From Clostridia bacterium (lineage in GTDB: Bacteria > Bacillota > Clostridia > Oscillospirales > CAG-272): a DNA stretch of 64,000 nt. Made by a program: the position numbers and the translations under genes. Below, piece after piece: positions 9,640-18,562 of the stretch; within the stretch, counting starts at the first letter, position 1, and every line of letters begins with the position of its first letter. The stretch spans positions 87,532 to 151,531 of the forward strand of contig JAFTNJ010000039.1 in assembly GCA_017451915.1 (NCBI GenBank), read 5' to 3'. Below the pieces are notes generated by a model. The model searched no databases. It had not been told where the DNA came from and saw nothing but the letters and a program-made list of their open reading frames with translations.

Positions 9640-10325
9640 TAGAAAAATACCTCCATAAGTACATGATAGATAATGATTAAAAATATTCCCGGAAGGATAT
9701 TGATGTTTTTAATTTTATTTTTTGGAGCGCAGACCATATTAAAGCCCGAAAAGAAAAGGATCAAATACCCCAACGAACACAATTGGCAAAGTAGATTATT
9801 ACTTATAAAATCCCCCAAAAAACAAGCCAACGCCGCGATAAGAATTTGTGCTGATACAACCACGAATGCGGAAAGAGAGATCTTTTTTCCGTAGGCCGCC
9901 CCCAGCATAAGCGCAAAAGGAAAATCTATAACACCTTTTAGGATCAGTTGAAAGCTATCGCCTTGCAAAGCGTATAAAACAGGCCCGCTTATTTGAAGCC
10001 CCCCAATTCCAAAAAAGAGTACAGAATCAATCAATCCGTTTTTCACTGCGTTTTGCGTTTTTGATAATGAGAAAAGCTTATCCTCTATCTTCAGTGCGTC
10101 TCCAATAGCGCATCCCGCAACAAGAGCAACGGTCACGATAACCGTGTGTTCTCCAACTATTTTTCCATTGGATATACTAAGTATATTTTCAAGCAGTCCG
10201 ACAATACTGATCAGCATAATCGCTATCGACAACGCTGAATAATTCTTAATGTTTATTTTTTTGGAAAAAATTCCGCCAAGTATTCCGCCAAAAAAGATCG
10301 AACACGCATCTACAAGAAACCCCAT
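9639..10325 (-). CDS. DUF554-like integral membrane protein
   Basis: Multiple hydrophobic helices; SVLFFGIGGLQISG, LILKGVID, NILP resemble the DUF554 (YdfK/YqgA) family; TAATG overlap with LysR start. Confidence 0.7.
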   Translation of the reverse strand: MGFLVDACSIFFGGILGGIFSKKINIKNYSALSIAIMLISIVGLLENILSISNGKIVGEHTVIVTVALVAGCAIGDALKIEDKLFSLSKTQNAVKNGLIDSVLFFGIGGLQISGPVLYALQGDSFQLILKGVIDFPFALMLGAAYGKKISLSAFVVVSAQILIAALACFLGDFISNNLLCQLCSLGYLILFFSGFNMVCAPKNKIKNINILPGIFLIIIYHVLMEVFF

Positions 10326-10360
10326 ACTTGTTTTCCTTTCCATTTTTGCTTTGCTTAAAT

Positions 10361-10404
10361 ATTTTAACACAAATAAAACCAAATGTAAAATACAAAAAAA
10401 CTAT
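10361..10404 (-). promoter_or_regulatory. promoter with adjacent LysR-type box
   Basis: TTTACA-17 bp-TAAAAT; T-N11-A box ATAGTTTTTTTGTAT (10390-10404) abuts the -35. Confidence 0.5.
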
Positions 10405-10414
10405 GGTTCGTAAA

Positions 10415-10451
10415 CTAAAAAGGCTTGTTTCACAATTCGTGAAACAAGCCT
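10415..10451 (-). terminator. intrinsic terminator downstream of safA-like gene
   Basis: Perfect 13-bp stem AGGCTTGTTTCAC/GTGAAACAAGCCT with an A-run on the left (U-tract on minus strand). Confidence 0.75.
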
Positions 10452-10460
10452 CGTGCGTTT

Positions 10461-10523
10461 TATTTGATGTCCAAGCAGCTTAAGCGTCCGTTGGCAAACT
10501 CTTGGGACCTTGGTATTTGATGT
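10461..10523. mobile_element. 43-bp micro-insertion or transposon footprint with 10-bp target-site duplication
   Basis: TATTTGATGT at 10461-10470 and 10514-10523 flank a segment starting CCAAG and ending CTTGG. Confidence 0.5.
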
Positions 10524-10529
10524 AGAAAT

Positions 10530-11138
10530 TCACTTTCCAATAAACATCTGCGTCCAGTATCTTCCGTCGGAAACGTAGCCCACGCCGATGTGGGTATAGG
10601 AAGCGTTGAGAATGTTGGCACGGTGTCCCGAGGAGTTCATCCAGCCGTCCACCACCGCCCGGGGCGTTGCGTAGCCCTTGGCAATGTTCTCGCCCGCGCT
10701 CCGATAGGAAATGCCGAAATTCTTGATCATCTGAAAGGGAGAACCGTACACGGGGCTGGTGTGAGAGAAATAGTTGTGCTCCCGCATATCCTGCGACTTA
10801 TACCGCGCCACACGGCTCAACTGCCAATCCTGCGTCAGGGGCTTGAGCCCGTTTTGCACGCGGATCTCGTTGACCAGGCGTACCACCTCGGCCTCAAAGT
10901 TCAGCACCGTTGCATCGGTGGTGGGAATATTTAGAACCTGTCCCGGATAAATGAGGGCGGGATTGGAGATCTGGGGATTGGCGTTTTTGATCTCGTCCAG
11001 CCCCACCTCGTATCTTACGGCGATCTTCCACATACTGTCGCCCTTTACCACCGTATGCGTGGTTGCCGCCGAAGCGCCGATCACCAACATGGAAACCAAC
11101 ATGGCGGCGCTCAATACAAATATGATAAGTCTTTTCAC
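10530..11138 (-). CDS. secreted LysM + CAP/SCP domain protein (SafA/YkwD-like)
   Basis: GTG start after GGAGGT; signal peptide; LysM HTVVKGDSMWKIA...NPALIYPGQ; CAP domain AGENIA, WMNSSGHRANIL. Confidence 0.88.
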   Translation of the reverse strand: MKRLIIFVLSAAMLVSMLVIGASAATTHTVVKGDSMWKIAVRYEVGLDEIKNANPQISNPALIYPGQVLNIPTTDATVLNFEAEVVRLVNEIRVQNGLKPLTQDWQLSRVARYKSQDMREHNYFSHTSPVYGSPFQMIKNFGISYRSAGENIAKGYATPRAVVDGWMNSSGHRANILNASYTHIGVGYVSDGRYWTQMFIGK

Positions 11139-11323
11139 TGTACTGCTACCTCCTGTGTGTGTTCGATGGAAGGGATCGATTCCAAAGGAACCGAGGCCCC
11201 TTGCATCCCTTGTATTATACCATACGCACAGGGGAGATTGCAAATGTAAGTTCCGGCAAAAGAGGGGGCGGCTGGAAACCGAATGCCGCGAATGGCGAAC
11301 GCTTGGGACGCGTCTGCGCTCCT

Positions 11324-13030
11324 TTATTCCCCCATCCGCTCCAAATACGCGGCGTAGGCAAGATCGGCAAGACCCGCGCGCTTGATCTTTTTGGAGGTGT
11401 TTTTGGGAAATTCCTCCTCCCACAGCACAAAGGTCTCGATGCGCTTGTAGGACTGTACGATGCTATTGACCTCACAGATCGCCCGTTTCATGGTGTCCTC
11501 GATCTGCTGCCGGGTCACCGCGGGGCCAAAGGAGGCCTCCAGCTGCTCCCGATCGGGATAGATCAGCGCAACAATATCGTAATCCTTCTTCTTGGGATTC
11601 AGATACCCAACCACCACCGATTCCTGCACGAAGGGGGTTCTCCCCAGATAGGTCTCCAGCTCCTCGGGGAAGATATTCTTGCCTTTGGCGGTAACGATCA
11701 CGTTCTTTTTGCGCCCCGTGAGGAACAAAAAGCCGTGCTCATCCATGTAGCCCAGATCCCCGGTGTAGAACCAGCCGTCCCGCAGCACCTCGGCGGTCAG
11801 CTCGGGCTGCTCGAAGTAGCCCAGCATCACGTTGTCCCCCTTGTAGCGGACCTCGCCGGTGCCGTCCTCCTGCATATCCACAATATCCAACAGGGCGTTG
11901 GGGGTGGCAAGACCTGCCGAGGCATCGTTGTAAAAGCGATCCCGATTGAGGGCCGCCAGGGGCGCGCACTCGGTCAGTCCGTAGCCCTGGTAAGCATAGA
12001 TGCCCAGATCCCGCAGACCCTGCAAAATTTGAGGATCCACCGCCGCGCCGCCCGAGATCATCATGCGGAGCTTGCCCCCAAAGGTGCGATGGATCTCGGC
12101 AAAGAGCTTGCGCTTGGCCGAAAGCCGCATCCCCTCGGTGGGCAGAGCGTTGGTCAGTCGGATCACGCTGCGCACCTTGTTCTCCAGTCCCTTTTTGCGG
12201 ATGTTGGCCCACACCTTATGGTACATGGTCTCCAACAGGAGGGGCACGCAGAGGATCACGGTGGGCTTGACCTCCTGCATATTGCGGGTAATGTAGCGCA
12301 AGCCCTCGGAAAAGGCTACCGTGCTACCCCGATAGACCGGGCACAAGAAGCCGCAGGTGCATTCGTAGGCGTGGTGCAGAGGAAGCACCGAGAGAAAGAC
12401 GTCCTTGTGATCGATATGGATCATCTGGCACATCTCGGACAGATTAAAGCAAAGATTTCGGTGGGAAAGCATGACGCCCTTGGACACGCCGGTGGTGCCC
12501 GAGGTAAACAGCAGAGCGCTCATGGCGTTGGCGTCGATGACCGAATCCAGATACCGACGGTCCCCCTTCTCCAGCAGGGTGCGTCCCGCCCGGATCAGAC
12601 CGTCCAGAGCCTCGAAGGAAATGCGCTCCACTGCGGGGTCGATGCCCTCCAGCTTGGGGGCGCACTTGGGAGAGTGGATCACCGCCGCCGCGCCGCTGAT
12701 GCGGGCGATGTTGGCGATCTCCTCGGCGGGGATCTCCTTATCCACGGGGACCACGACCCCCACACCGCAGATCACCGCCATGTACGACACCACCCAGGCG
12801 TAGCAGTTCTCACCGGTGATCAGGATTCGTTTTCCGTGCAATCCCCGGGCGCAAAGAGCCGTCCCCAGGGCATCCACGTCGTCCGAGTAGGCGGCAAAGC
12901 TGACGCCCTCGTACACATCGTCGCGTTTTTCCAAAAACAGGATCTTTTCGCCGTACCGCTCTGCGCCGGCGTGGTACATCTGTCTTAAATTTTCATATAC
13001 GGTGGTTTCGTAATTTTCGTAAATAGCCAT
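11324..13030 (-). CDS. long-chain acyl-CoA synthetase (AMP-binding)
   Basis: FTSGTTGVSKGVMLSH, QGYGLTE, TGDLG, GKNIFPEE. Confidence 0.9.
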   Translation of the reverse strand: MAIYENYETTVYENLRQMYHAGAERYGEKILFLEKRDDVYEGVSFAAYSDDVDALGTALCARGLHGKRILITGENCYAWVVSYMAVICGVGVVVPVDKEIPAEEIANIARISGAAAVIHSPKCAPKLEGIDPAVERISFEALDGLIRAGRTLLEKGDRRYLDSVIDANAMSALLFTSGTTGVSKGVMLSHRNLCFNLSEMCQMIHIDHKDVFLSVLPLHHAYECTCGFLCPVYRGSTVAFSEGLRYITRNMQEVKPTVILCVPLLLETMYHKVWANIRKKGLENKVRSVIRLTNALPTEGMRLSAKRKLFAEIHRTFGGKLRMMISGGAAVDPQILQGLRDLGIYAYQGYGLTECAPLAALNRDRFYNDASAGLATPNALLDIVDMQEDGTGEVRYKGDNVMLGYFEQPELTAEVLRDGWFYTGDLGYMDEHGFLFLTGRKKNVIVTAKGKNIFPEELETYLGRTPFVQESVVVGYLNPKKKDYDIVALIYPDREQLEASFGPAVTRQQIEDTMKRAICEVNSIVQSYKRIETFVLWEEEFPKNTSKKIKRAGLADLAYAAYLERMGE

Positions 13031-13061
13031 GGGGTCTCCTTTCTGAAATAATGTACTCCCA

Positions 13062-14228
13062 TCACCCGCGGTCCAGTGTGACCACGGTAAAGTAGGAGGG
13101 ATCGATGCGGCTGACGGCGTCGGCGATCTGCCGACGGATCTCGCTCTCCGAGAGCTTGGATTCAAAGGGCACCACCACGTCAAAGATGAGATTGGTGTGG
13201 GTTACGCCCTCCACGTAGCGGAAATCGTGGATCTGAAAGGCGGGGTCGATCTCTTGCACCGCCGCCAGCACCCGCGCCCGCAGGAGATTGATGCTCTCGT
13301 CGTCGGTAACGATGGGGTCCATGTGAATGGTGGCCTCAATGCCCTGGCGGCGCAGGCTTTGCTCAATGGTGTCCACCATATCGTGGGACACGAACATATC
13401 CTCCCGTCCGTCCACCTCCACGTGCAGGGAGGCCAGAATATGCCCCGGACCGTAGTTATGTACCACCAGGTCGTGGATCCCAAGAGCTCCGGGATACTCG
13501 GCAACGGTGGCACGGATCCGGGCGATCACCTCTTCCCCGGGGGCCTGACCGAGAATGGCGTTTTTGGTCTCGTTCAGGATCTTTCCTCCCGCCACCAAAA
13601 TCAAAATCGCAACCGCAACGCCCATCAGGGCGTCCAGACTCCAGGTCAGGGACGGGAACAGAAGCAGCACCAAGGTAGCCACGAGCACCGCCGAGGTGGA
13701 AAGCACGTCCGACAGGCTATCCGCCGCCGTGGCGCGCATCACCGCCGAATCAATGCGGCGTCCGATGCGACGGTTGAAAAACGCGAGCCAGAGCTTGACC
13801 AGAATCGAGCCTCCCAGCACCGCCACCGAGAGCCAGCTCCGCTCGGGCAATACGGGATGAAAGAGCTTGGTTACCGACTCCTTGAGCAGCTCCACGCCGA
13901 TCAAAAGCACCAAAAAGGCCACGATCATAGAGGCCACGTATTCGATGCGGGCGTGCCCGAAGGGATGCTCACGGTCGGCCGGCTTGGCCGAGATGCGGAA
14001 GGAGATCAGGGAAATGATCTGGGAGCCGGCATCGGAAAGATTGTTCATGGCGTCGGCCACCACGGCCACCGAGCCAAAGAGGCTTCCCACCAAAAACTTG
14101 GCACCAAACAGCACCAGGTTGAGCAGGATCCCCACCACGCTCACCAAGGTCCCATAGGAGGAGCGCACCCGAGGATCCCCGGTCTCCTTATAGTTTTTCA
14201 CAAATAGCTTACATAACAGATCGGTCAT
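13062..14228 (-). CDS. cation diffusion facilitator (CDF) transporter
   Basis: ADAMNNLSD, HPFGHARIEY, IHDLVVHNYG motifs; multiple TM helices. Confidence 0.9.
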   Translation of the reverse strand: MTDLLCKLFVKNYKETGDPRVRSSYGTLVSVVGILLNLVLFGAKFLVGSLFGSVAVVADAMNNLSDAGSQIISLISFRISAKPADREHPFGHARIEYVASMIVAFLVLLIGVELLKESVTKLFHPVLPERSWLSVAVLGGSILVKLWLAFFNRRIGRRIDSAVMRATAADSLSDVLSTSAVLVATLVLLLFPSLTWSLDALMGVAVAILILVAGGKILNETKNAILGQAPGEEVIARIRATVAEYPGALGIHDLVVHNYGPGHILASLHVEVDGREDMFVSHDMVDTIEQSLRRQGIEATIHMDPIVTDDESINLLRARVLAAVQEIDPAFQIHDFRYVEGVTHTNLIFDVVVPFESKLSESEIRRQIADAVSRIDPSYFTVVTLDRG

Positions 14229-14252
14229 AAAAACTCCGTATTTTTCTTGGCG

Positions 14253-15644
14253 TTACGCCGTTTTTTGGGTAATGTCCCGCACCCAGATGCCGCTGCCCAC
14301 CAGCCGCAGTCCCACGGCACACTTGATCACGTCCACCATCTGGCAGATCAGATACACGGTTACGATGGGAAGGGTGGTATAGCGGGACAGCAAAAAGGCC
14401 AATAAAATGCTCACGCCCCACAAATAGGCCGAATCAAAGAGAATGGTGAGCACCGTGCGGCCGCCCGAGCGCAGGGTAAAATAAGAGGAATTGACAATGG
14501 CGTGGAGGGGCGAGGAGAGCGCCACCACGTAGGTGAACCGCTCGGCCAACCCTTTGACCTCCTCCGTGGTGTTGTAGATGCCCGGAAACACGTGGGCGCA
14601 GGAGGCAATGAGTGCCGCCGCGCCAAAGCCCAGGGCAATGGAGAAGGCGATCATCTTTTTGGAGTCGGCCCGGGCCTCCTCCCACTCCCGATTGCCCAAG
14701 CGGTGTCCCAGCAAAATGGCAATGGTGGAGCCCATGGAAAGATAAAGCACCGAGAAGGTATTGGACACGATGTTGGAAATATTGAGTGCCGACACCACCG
14801 CAAGCCCCCGGAAGGAGTAGCATTGCAGCAGCATGGCCTGCCCCGCCGACCACATCGCCTCGTTGATCAGCAGAGGCATTCCCGTGATCAGGATCGAGCG
14901 CATGAGCGGCGCGGGGATCCTCCAGGAACGGTACACGCCCCGCAAAAAGGCGCACTCCTTCCGGTGGGTATGGGCCCAGAGGATCACGATGGCACATTCG
15001 ATCACACGGGCGATCACCGTGGCAATGGCGGCACCCCGGATCCCCAGCGCGGGAAAGCCCAACAAGCCAAAGATCAGGAGAGTGTTCAAAACCAGATTCA
15101 CCACCACGCCGCAAATTCCCGCAACCATGGGCGGCAAAGTCCGCTTGACCTCCCGCAAGGAGGAGGCGTAGGCCTGGGCCAGGGCGTACGGGAGCAAGCC
15201 CCACAGGGAAATGGCAAGATACTCCTTGGCGTATGCCAGAGTCAGGGTCAGGTCCCCGGTCTCGGAGCCCTCGTGCAAATACAGAGAGATCAGCTCCTCT
15301 CCCCAAAGCAGAAAAATGGCCATGGCCGACAGATACAGCACCGCCGTGACGTAGAGCTTAAAACGGAAGGTATCCCGCACCCCCGCATGGTCGCCCCGCC
15401 CAAAGAACTGGGCACTGAAGATCCCGGCCCCCGAAAGCGCGCCAAAGATGCAGAGCTGAAAGACGAAGATCAGCTGATTGACGATGGACACCCCCGACAT
15501 CTGCTCAGTGCCCACCTGCCCCACCATGATATTGTCCAACAGATTGATAAAATTGGTGATGGCGTTCTGCACCAAAATGGGAAGCATGACGGCCAGAAGT
15601 CCCTTGTAAAAGGCCTTCGTCCCAATGTATTTTTTGAGAATCAT
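14253..15644 (-). CDS. MATE family efflux transporter
   Basis: DNIMVG, SAQFFG, LGIRGAAIAT, LRSGG; highly hydrophobic. Confidence 0.9.
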   Translation of the reverse strand: MILKKYIGTKAFYKGLLAVMLPILVQNAITNFINLLDNIMVGQVGTEQMSGVSIVNQLIFVFQLCIFGALSGAGIFSAQFFGRGDHAGVRDTFRFKLYVTAVLYLSAMAIFLLWGEELISLYLHEGSETGDLTLTLAYAKEYLAISLWGLLPYALAQAYASSLREVKRTLPPMVAGICGVVVNLVLNTLLIFGLLGFPALGIRGAAIATVIARVIECAIVILWAHTHRKECAFLRGVYRSWRIPAPLMRSILITGMPLLINEAMWSAGQAMLLQCYSFRGLAVVSALNISNIVSNTFSVLYLSMGSTIAILLGHRLGNREWEEARADSKKMIAFSIALGFGAAALIASCAHVFPGIYNTTEEVKGLAERFTYVVALSSPLHAIVNSSYFTLRSGGRTVLTILFDSAYLWGVSILLAFLLSRYTTLPIVTVYLICQMVDVIKCAVGLRLVGSGIWVRDITQKTA

Positions 15645-15818
15645 AGGTTCTCCCTTTCTCACAGTTGCAGAAAGCGCAGGATCATTCGCCCCCACGCTTT
15701 GCAGTTTATTCTATTCTTATGATTTTCCGAAGATACGGATCCATACATCTTTTTTTGACGGACACCGAAAAATTTATAACGGTTCTTCGCGCCTTTCATT
15801 TGACCGAGAAGGCAAAGA

Positions 15819-17360
15819 TCAACCCCAATACTTGCGATCCAGGCTGCGCAGCTGAATGGCCTCGGCCACGTGGGGCGCGCGGATCTGCTCGCTCCCGTCC
15901 AGGTCGGCAATGGTACGGGCCACCCGCAGGATGCGGTCGTAGCCACGGGCACTCAAGCCCATGCGGTCGTAGGCCGCCGCCAAAAGTGCCGAAGCCTCGG
16001 CATCGGGAGTACAAAAGGCGTGGATCCCCGCCGCGTCCAGCTGGGCGTTGCAATAAACCGCCCGTCCGCTGCCCTCCATACGTCGGCGGGCAAACTCTCT
16101 GGCACGGGTCACGCGCTCACGGATCACCGCCGAGGGCTCGGCGTGCTCGTCCCGGGAGGAGATCTCCTCATAGCGCAAAGAGGGGAGCTCGATCTGAATG
16201 TCCATACGGTCCAGCATGGGACCGCTGATGCGGGAGATGTATCGCTTCACGTCCCCGGCCTTGCAGGTGCAGGGATGGGTGGGATGTCCAAAATAACCGC
16301 AACGGCAGGGATTCATAGCCCCCACCAGCATAAAGGAGCAGGGGAAGGTCACCCGTCCGTTGGCGCGGGTAATGGTGACCCGACGGTCCTCCAGCGGCTG
16401 ACGCAGGGCGTCGGTGACCTGCTTGGGGAACTCGGGAAGCTCGTCCAGGAAGAGCACGCCGTTGTCGGCCAGGGAGACCTCGCCCGGCAACGGATTGACA
16501 CCTCCGCCCACCAGGCTGACGGGGCTCATGGTGTGATGGGGCGCGCGGAAGGGTCGCACCGAAAGCAGAGAGGTGCCTGCAGGCAGAGTCCCTGCCACCG
16601 AATGGATCTTGGTGGTTTCAATGGCCTCGGAAAAGGTCAGAGGCGGCAGAATGGAGGGCAGACGCTTGGCAAGCATGGATTTTCCCGTTCCAGGAGGGCC
16701 GATGAGCAGAATGTTATGTCCTCCCGCCGCGGCGATCTCCATGGCACGCTTGGCCATGGTCTGGCCGCGCACGTCAATAAAATCCTCGGTGTAGGCGTTA
16801 TTCCCCTCCAGAAAGGTCTTTTCGTTACGGACCGGCTCCAGGGGGGCTTCTCCGTTGAGGTGCATGACCAGGGCGCGCATATTGGGTACCGCGTACACGC
16901 GGATCCCCTCCACGGCCGCGGCCTCCACGGCGTTCTCCACCGGGGCGTAGAACTCGGTAAAGCCGTTCTCCTTGGCCGCCACGCACATACAAAGAATCCC
17001 GCGCACGCCTCGCAGATCCCCCGAGAGGGAAAGCTCTCCCACAATACAGCGACCTTGCAAAGAAACGTCCCTGCGGATCACCCCGGAGCTGTGAAAGATG
17101 GCGGTGAGAATGGCGGCGTCAAAGGCCGAGCCCTCCTTTTTGCGATCGGCGGGGGCCAGATTGACGGTGATGCGGGAAAAGGGGAAGGGATAGCCGCTAT
17201 TGTAGCAGGCCGTGCGCACCCGCTCCTTGGCCTCGCGCACCGCCAGGTCGGGCAGGCCCACCAGCTCAAATCCCTCCAGGGAATTCTTTTGATTGCACTC
17301 CACAACCACGGGAAAGCCTTCGATCCCGTAAAGTCCTGCACTGTATGCCGCTGAAAGCAT
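15819..17360 (-). CDS. comM: YifB/ComM Mg-chelatase-like AAA+ ATPase
   Basis: VGLPD...EAKERV, ITVNLAPAD, GPPGTGKS, PFRAPHH, LFLDE, MNPCRCG. Confidence 0.9.
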   Translation of the reverse strand: MLSAAYSAGLYGIEGFPVVVECNQKNSLEGFELVGLPDLAVREAKERVRTACYNSGYPFPFSRITVNLAPADRKKEGSAFDAAILTAIFHSSGVIRRDVSLQGRCIVGELSLSGDLRGVRGILCMCVAAKENGFTEFYAPVENAVEAAAVEGIRVYAVPNMRALVMHLNGEAPLEPVRNEKTFLEGNNAYTEDFIDVRGQTMAKRAMEIAAAGGHNILLIGPPGTGKSMLAKRLPSILPPLTFSEAIETTKIHSVAGTLPAGTSLLSVRPFRAPHHTMSPVSLVGGGVNPLPGEVSLADNGVLFLDELPEFPKQVTDALRQPLEDRRVTITRANGRVTFPCSFMLVGAMNPCRCGYFGHPTHPCTCKAGDVKRYISRISGPMLDRMDIQIELPSLRYEEISSRDEHAEPSAVIRERVTRAREFARRRMEGSGRAVYCNAQLDAAGIHAFCTPDAEASALLAAAYDRMGLSARGYDRILRVARTIADLDGSEQIRAPHVAEAIQLRSLDRKYWG

Positions 17361-17411
17361 GACGTCGCCTCCCTTTCCTTTCAATTCCGCAAAGGTTCTT
17401 TTATCCGTTTT

Positions 17412-17440
17412 ATTATACACCATCCGGGCAAAAAAGTCAA
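17412..17440 (-). promoter_or_regulatory. sigma-A promoter of comM
   Basis: TTGACT-17 bp-TATAAT. Confidence 0.7.
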
Positions 17441-17542
17441 TCTTACGGCGTAGGCTTTTTACAGTTTTCTTACTTTTGCAGACAAAACAGAAAAATTTTT
17501 ATAAAAACAGAAAAATATTTACATTCCGTTGGAAAAAATCTA

Positions 17543-17571
17543 TTGACTTTTCGGCGTTTTTCATGTATAAT
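17543..17571 (+). promoter_or_regulatory. sigma-A promoter of LRR lipoprotein
   Basis: TTGACT-17 bp-TATAAT; 13-bp direct repeat AAAACAGAAAAAT upstream (17484, 17504). Confidence 0.7.
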
Positions 17572-17618
17572 TCTTGTATATGTATATCTCTGCAAAAAAA
17601 CGATTTTGGAGGATTATT

Positions 17619-18437
17619 ATGAAAAAGTTATTCGCAATGCTTCTGGCGCTGTTGATGATCGCATCCCTGGCCGCTTGCTCCGACGAGGGCGGTGACGATT
17701 CCGATCTGGATGATTTCCGCCAGGAGGAGGTTATTATTGACCATATTACCAACGATGCCGGCGAGACCTTCTACTTCGACTCGGTAGACAGCGTGTCGGT
17801 AACCATTACCGGCTACAAGGGCTCCGACGTTCCCCATAAGGTTGTGATCCCCTCCGAGCTCAACGGCAAGACCGTGGTTGGCATCAGCGCGCAGGCCTTC
17901 TACACCTGCTCCAACGTGACCTCCGTGGAATTCCCCTCCACCCTGACCACCATTGAGGAATTCGCATTCTCCGGCTGCGCTATGATCGAATCTTTGACCA
18001 TTCCCGCAAGCGTGACTACCATTGGCACCGGCGCCTTCTATAACTGCACCGGTTTGAAGACCCTGACCTTTGCCGCAGGCTCCAAGCTTGCCGAGCTCCC
18101 TGCCAGCGCGTTCAAGGATTGCACCGCTCTGGAGGAGGTTTCCATTCCCGCCGGCATCAAGGTGATCGGCACCGCGGCCTTCTTCCACTGCACCTCCCTG
18201 ACCAAGGTAACCATTGCCGAGGGCGTTGAGATGCTGGGCACCCAGGCATTCCAGGATTGTGCCGCTCTGGAGACTCTTTCCCTTCCCGCTTCCCTGGTTT
18301 CCATTGGCTCTTACAACTTTACCGGATGCGATAAGCTGACCCTGGCAGGTGTTACCGTTCCCGCCGGTTCGGTTGCCGCAACCTACATCGACTCTTTGAG
18401 CCTTCCCGCACAGCCCGTTGAGACCCCTGCAGCATAA
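17619..18437 (+). CDS. BspA-type leucine-rich repeat (LRR_5) lipoprotein
   Basis: Lipobox LAAC; repeats IPxSVTTIGxxAFxxCxxL. Confidence 0.88.
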   Translation: MKKLFAMLLALLMIASLAACSDEGGDDSDLDDFRQEEVIIDHITNDAGETFYFDSVDSVSVTITGYKGSDVPHKVVIPSELNGKTVVGISAQAFYTCSNVTSVEFPSTLTTIEEFAFSGCAMIESLTIPASVTTIGTGAFYNCTGLKTLTFAAGSKLAELPASAFKDCTALEEVSIPAGIKVIGTAAFFHCTSLTKVTIAEGVEMLGTQAFQDCAALETLSLPASLVSIGSYNFTGCDKLTLAGVTVPAGSVAATYIDSLSLPAQPVETPAA

Positions 18438-18456
18438 GAAAAACAACATAACGTAC

Positions 18457-18490
18457 CGCGTCCCCGAACATCTCGGGGACGCGATTTTTT
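18457..18490 (+). terminator. intrinsic terminator
   Basis: CGCGTCCCCGA-acatc-TCGGGGACGCG followed by ATTTTTT. Confidence 0.8.
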
Positions 18491-18562
18491 CGTCTCCCCG
18501 TGCCGCTCCCCTTCCTATATATAAACGCATCCCCCGAGCCTTGGCTCGGGGGATCTTTGAAT

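Noticed and set aside
10421-10451. TGTTTCAC-N5-GTGAAACA resembling a split parS
   Set aside because: The 5-bp insertion breaks parS geometry; the longer stem with U-tract fits an intrinsic terminator
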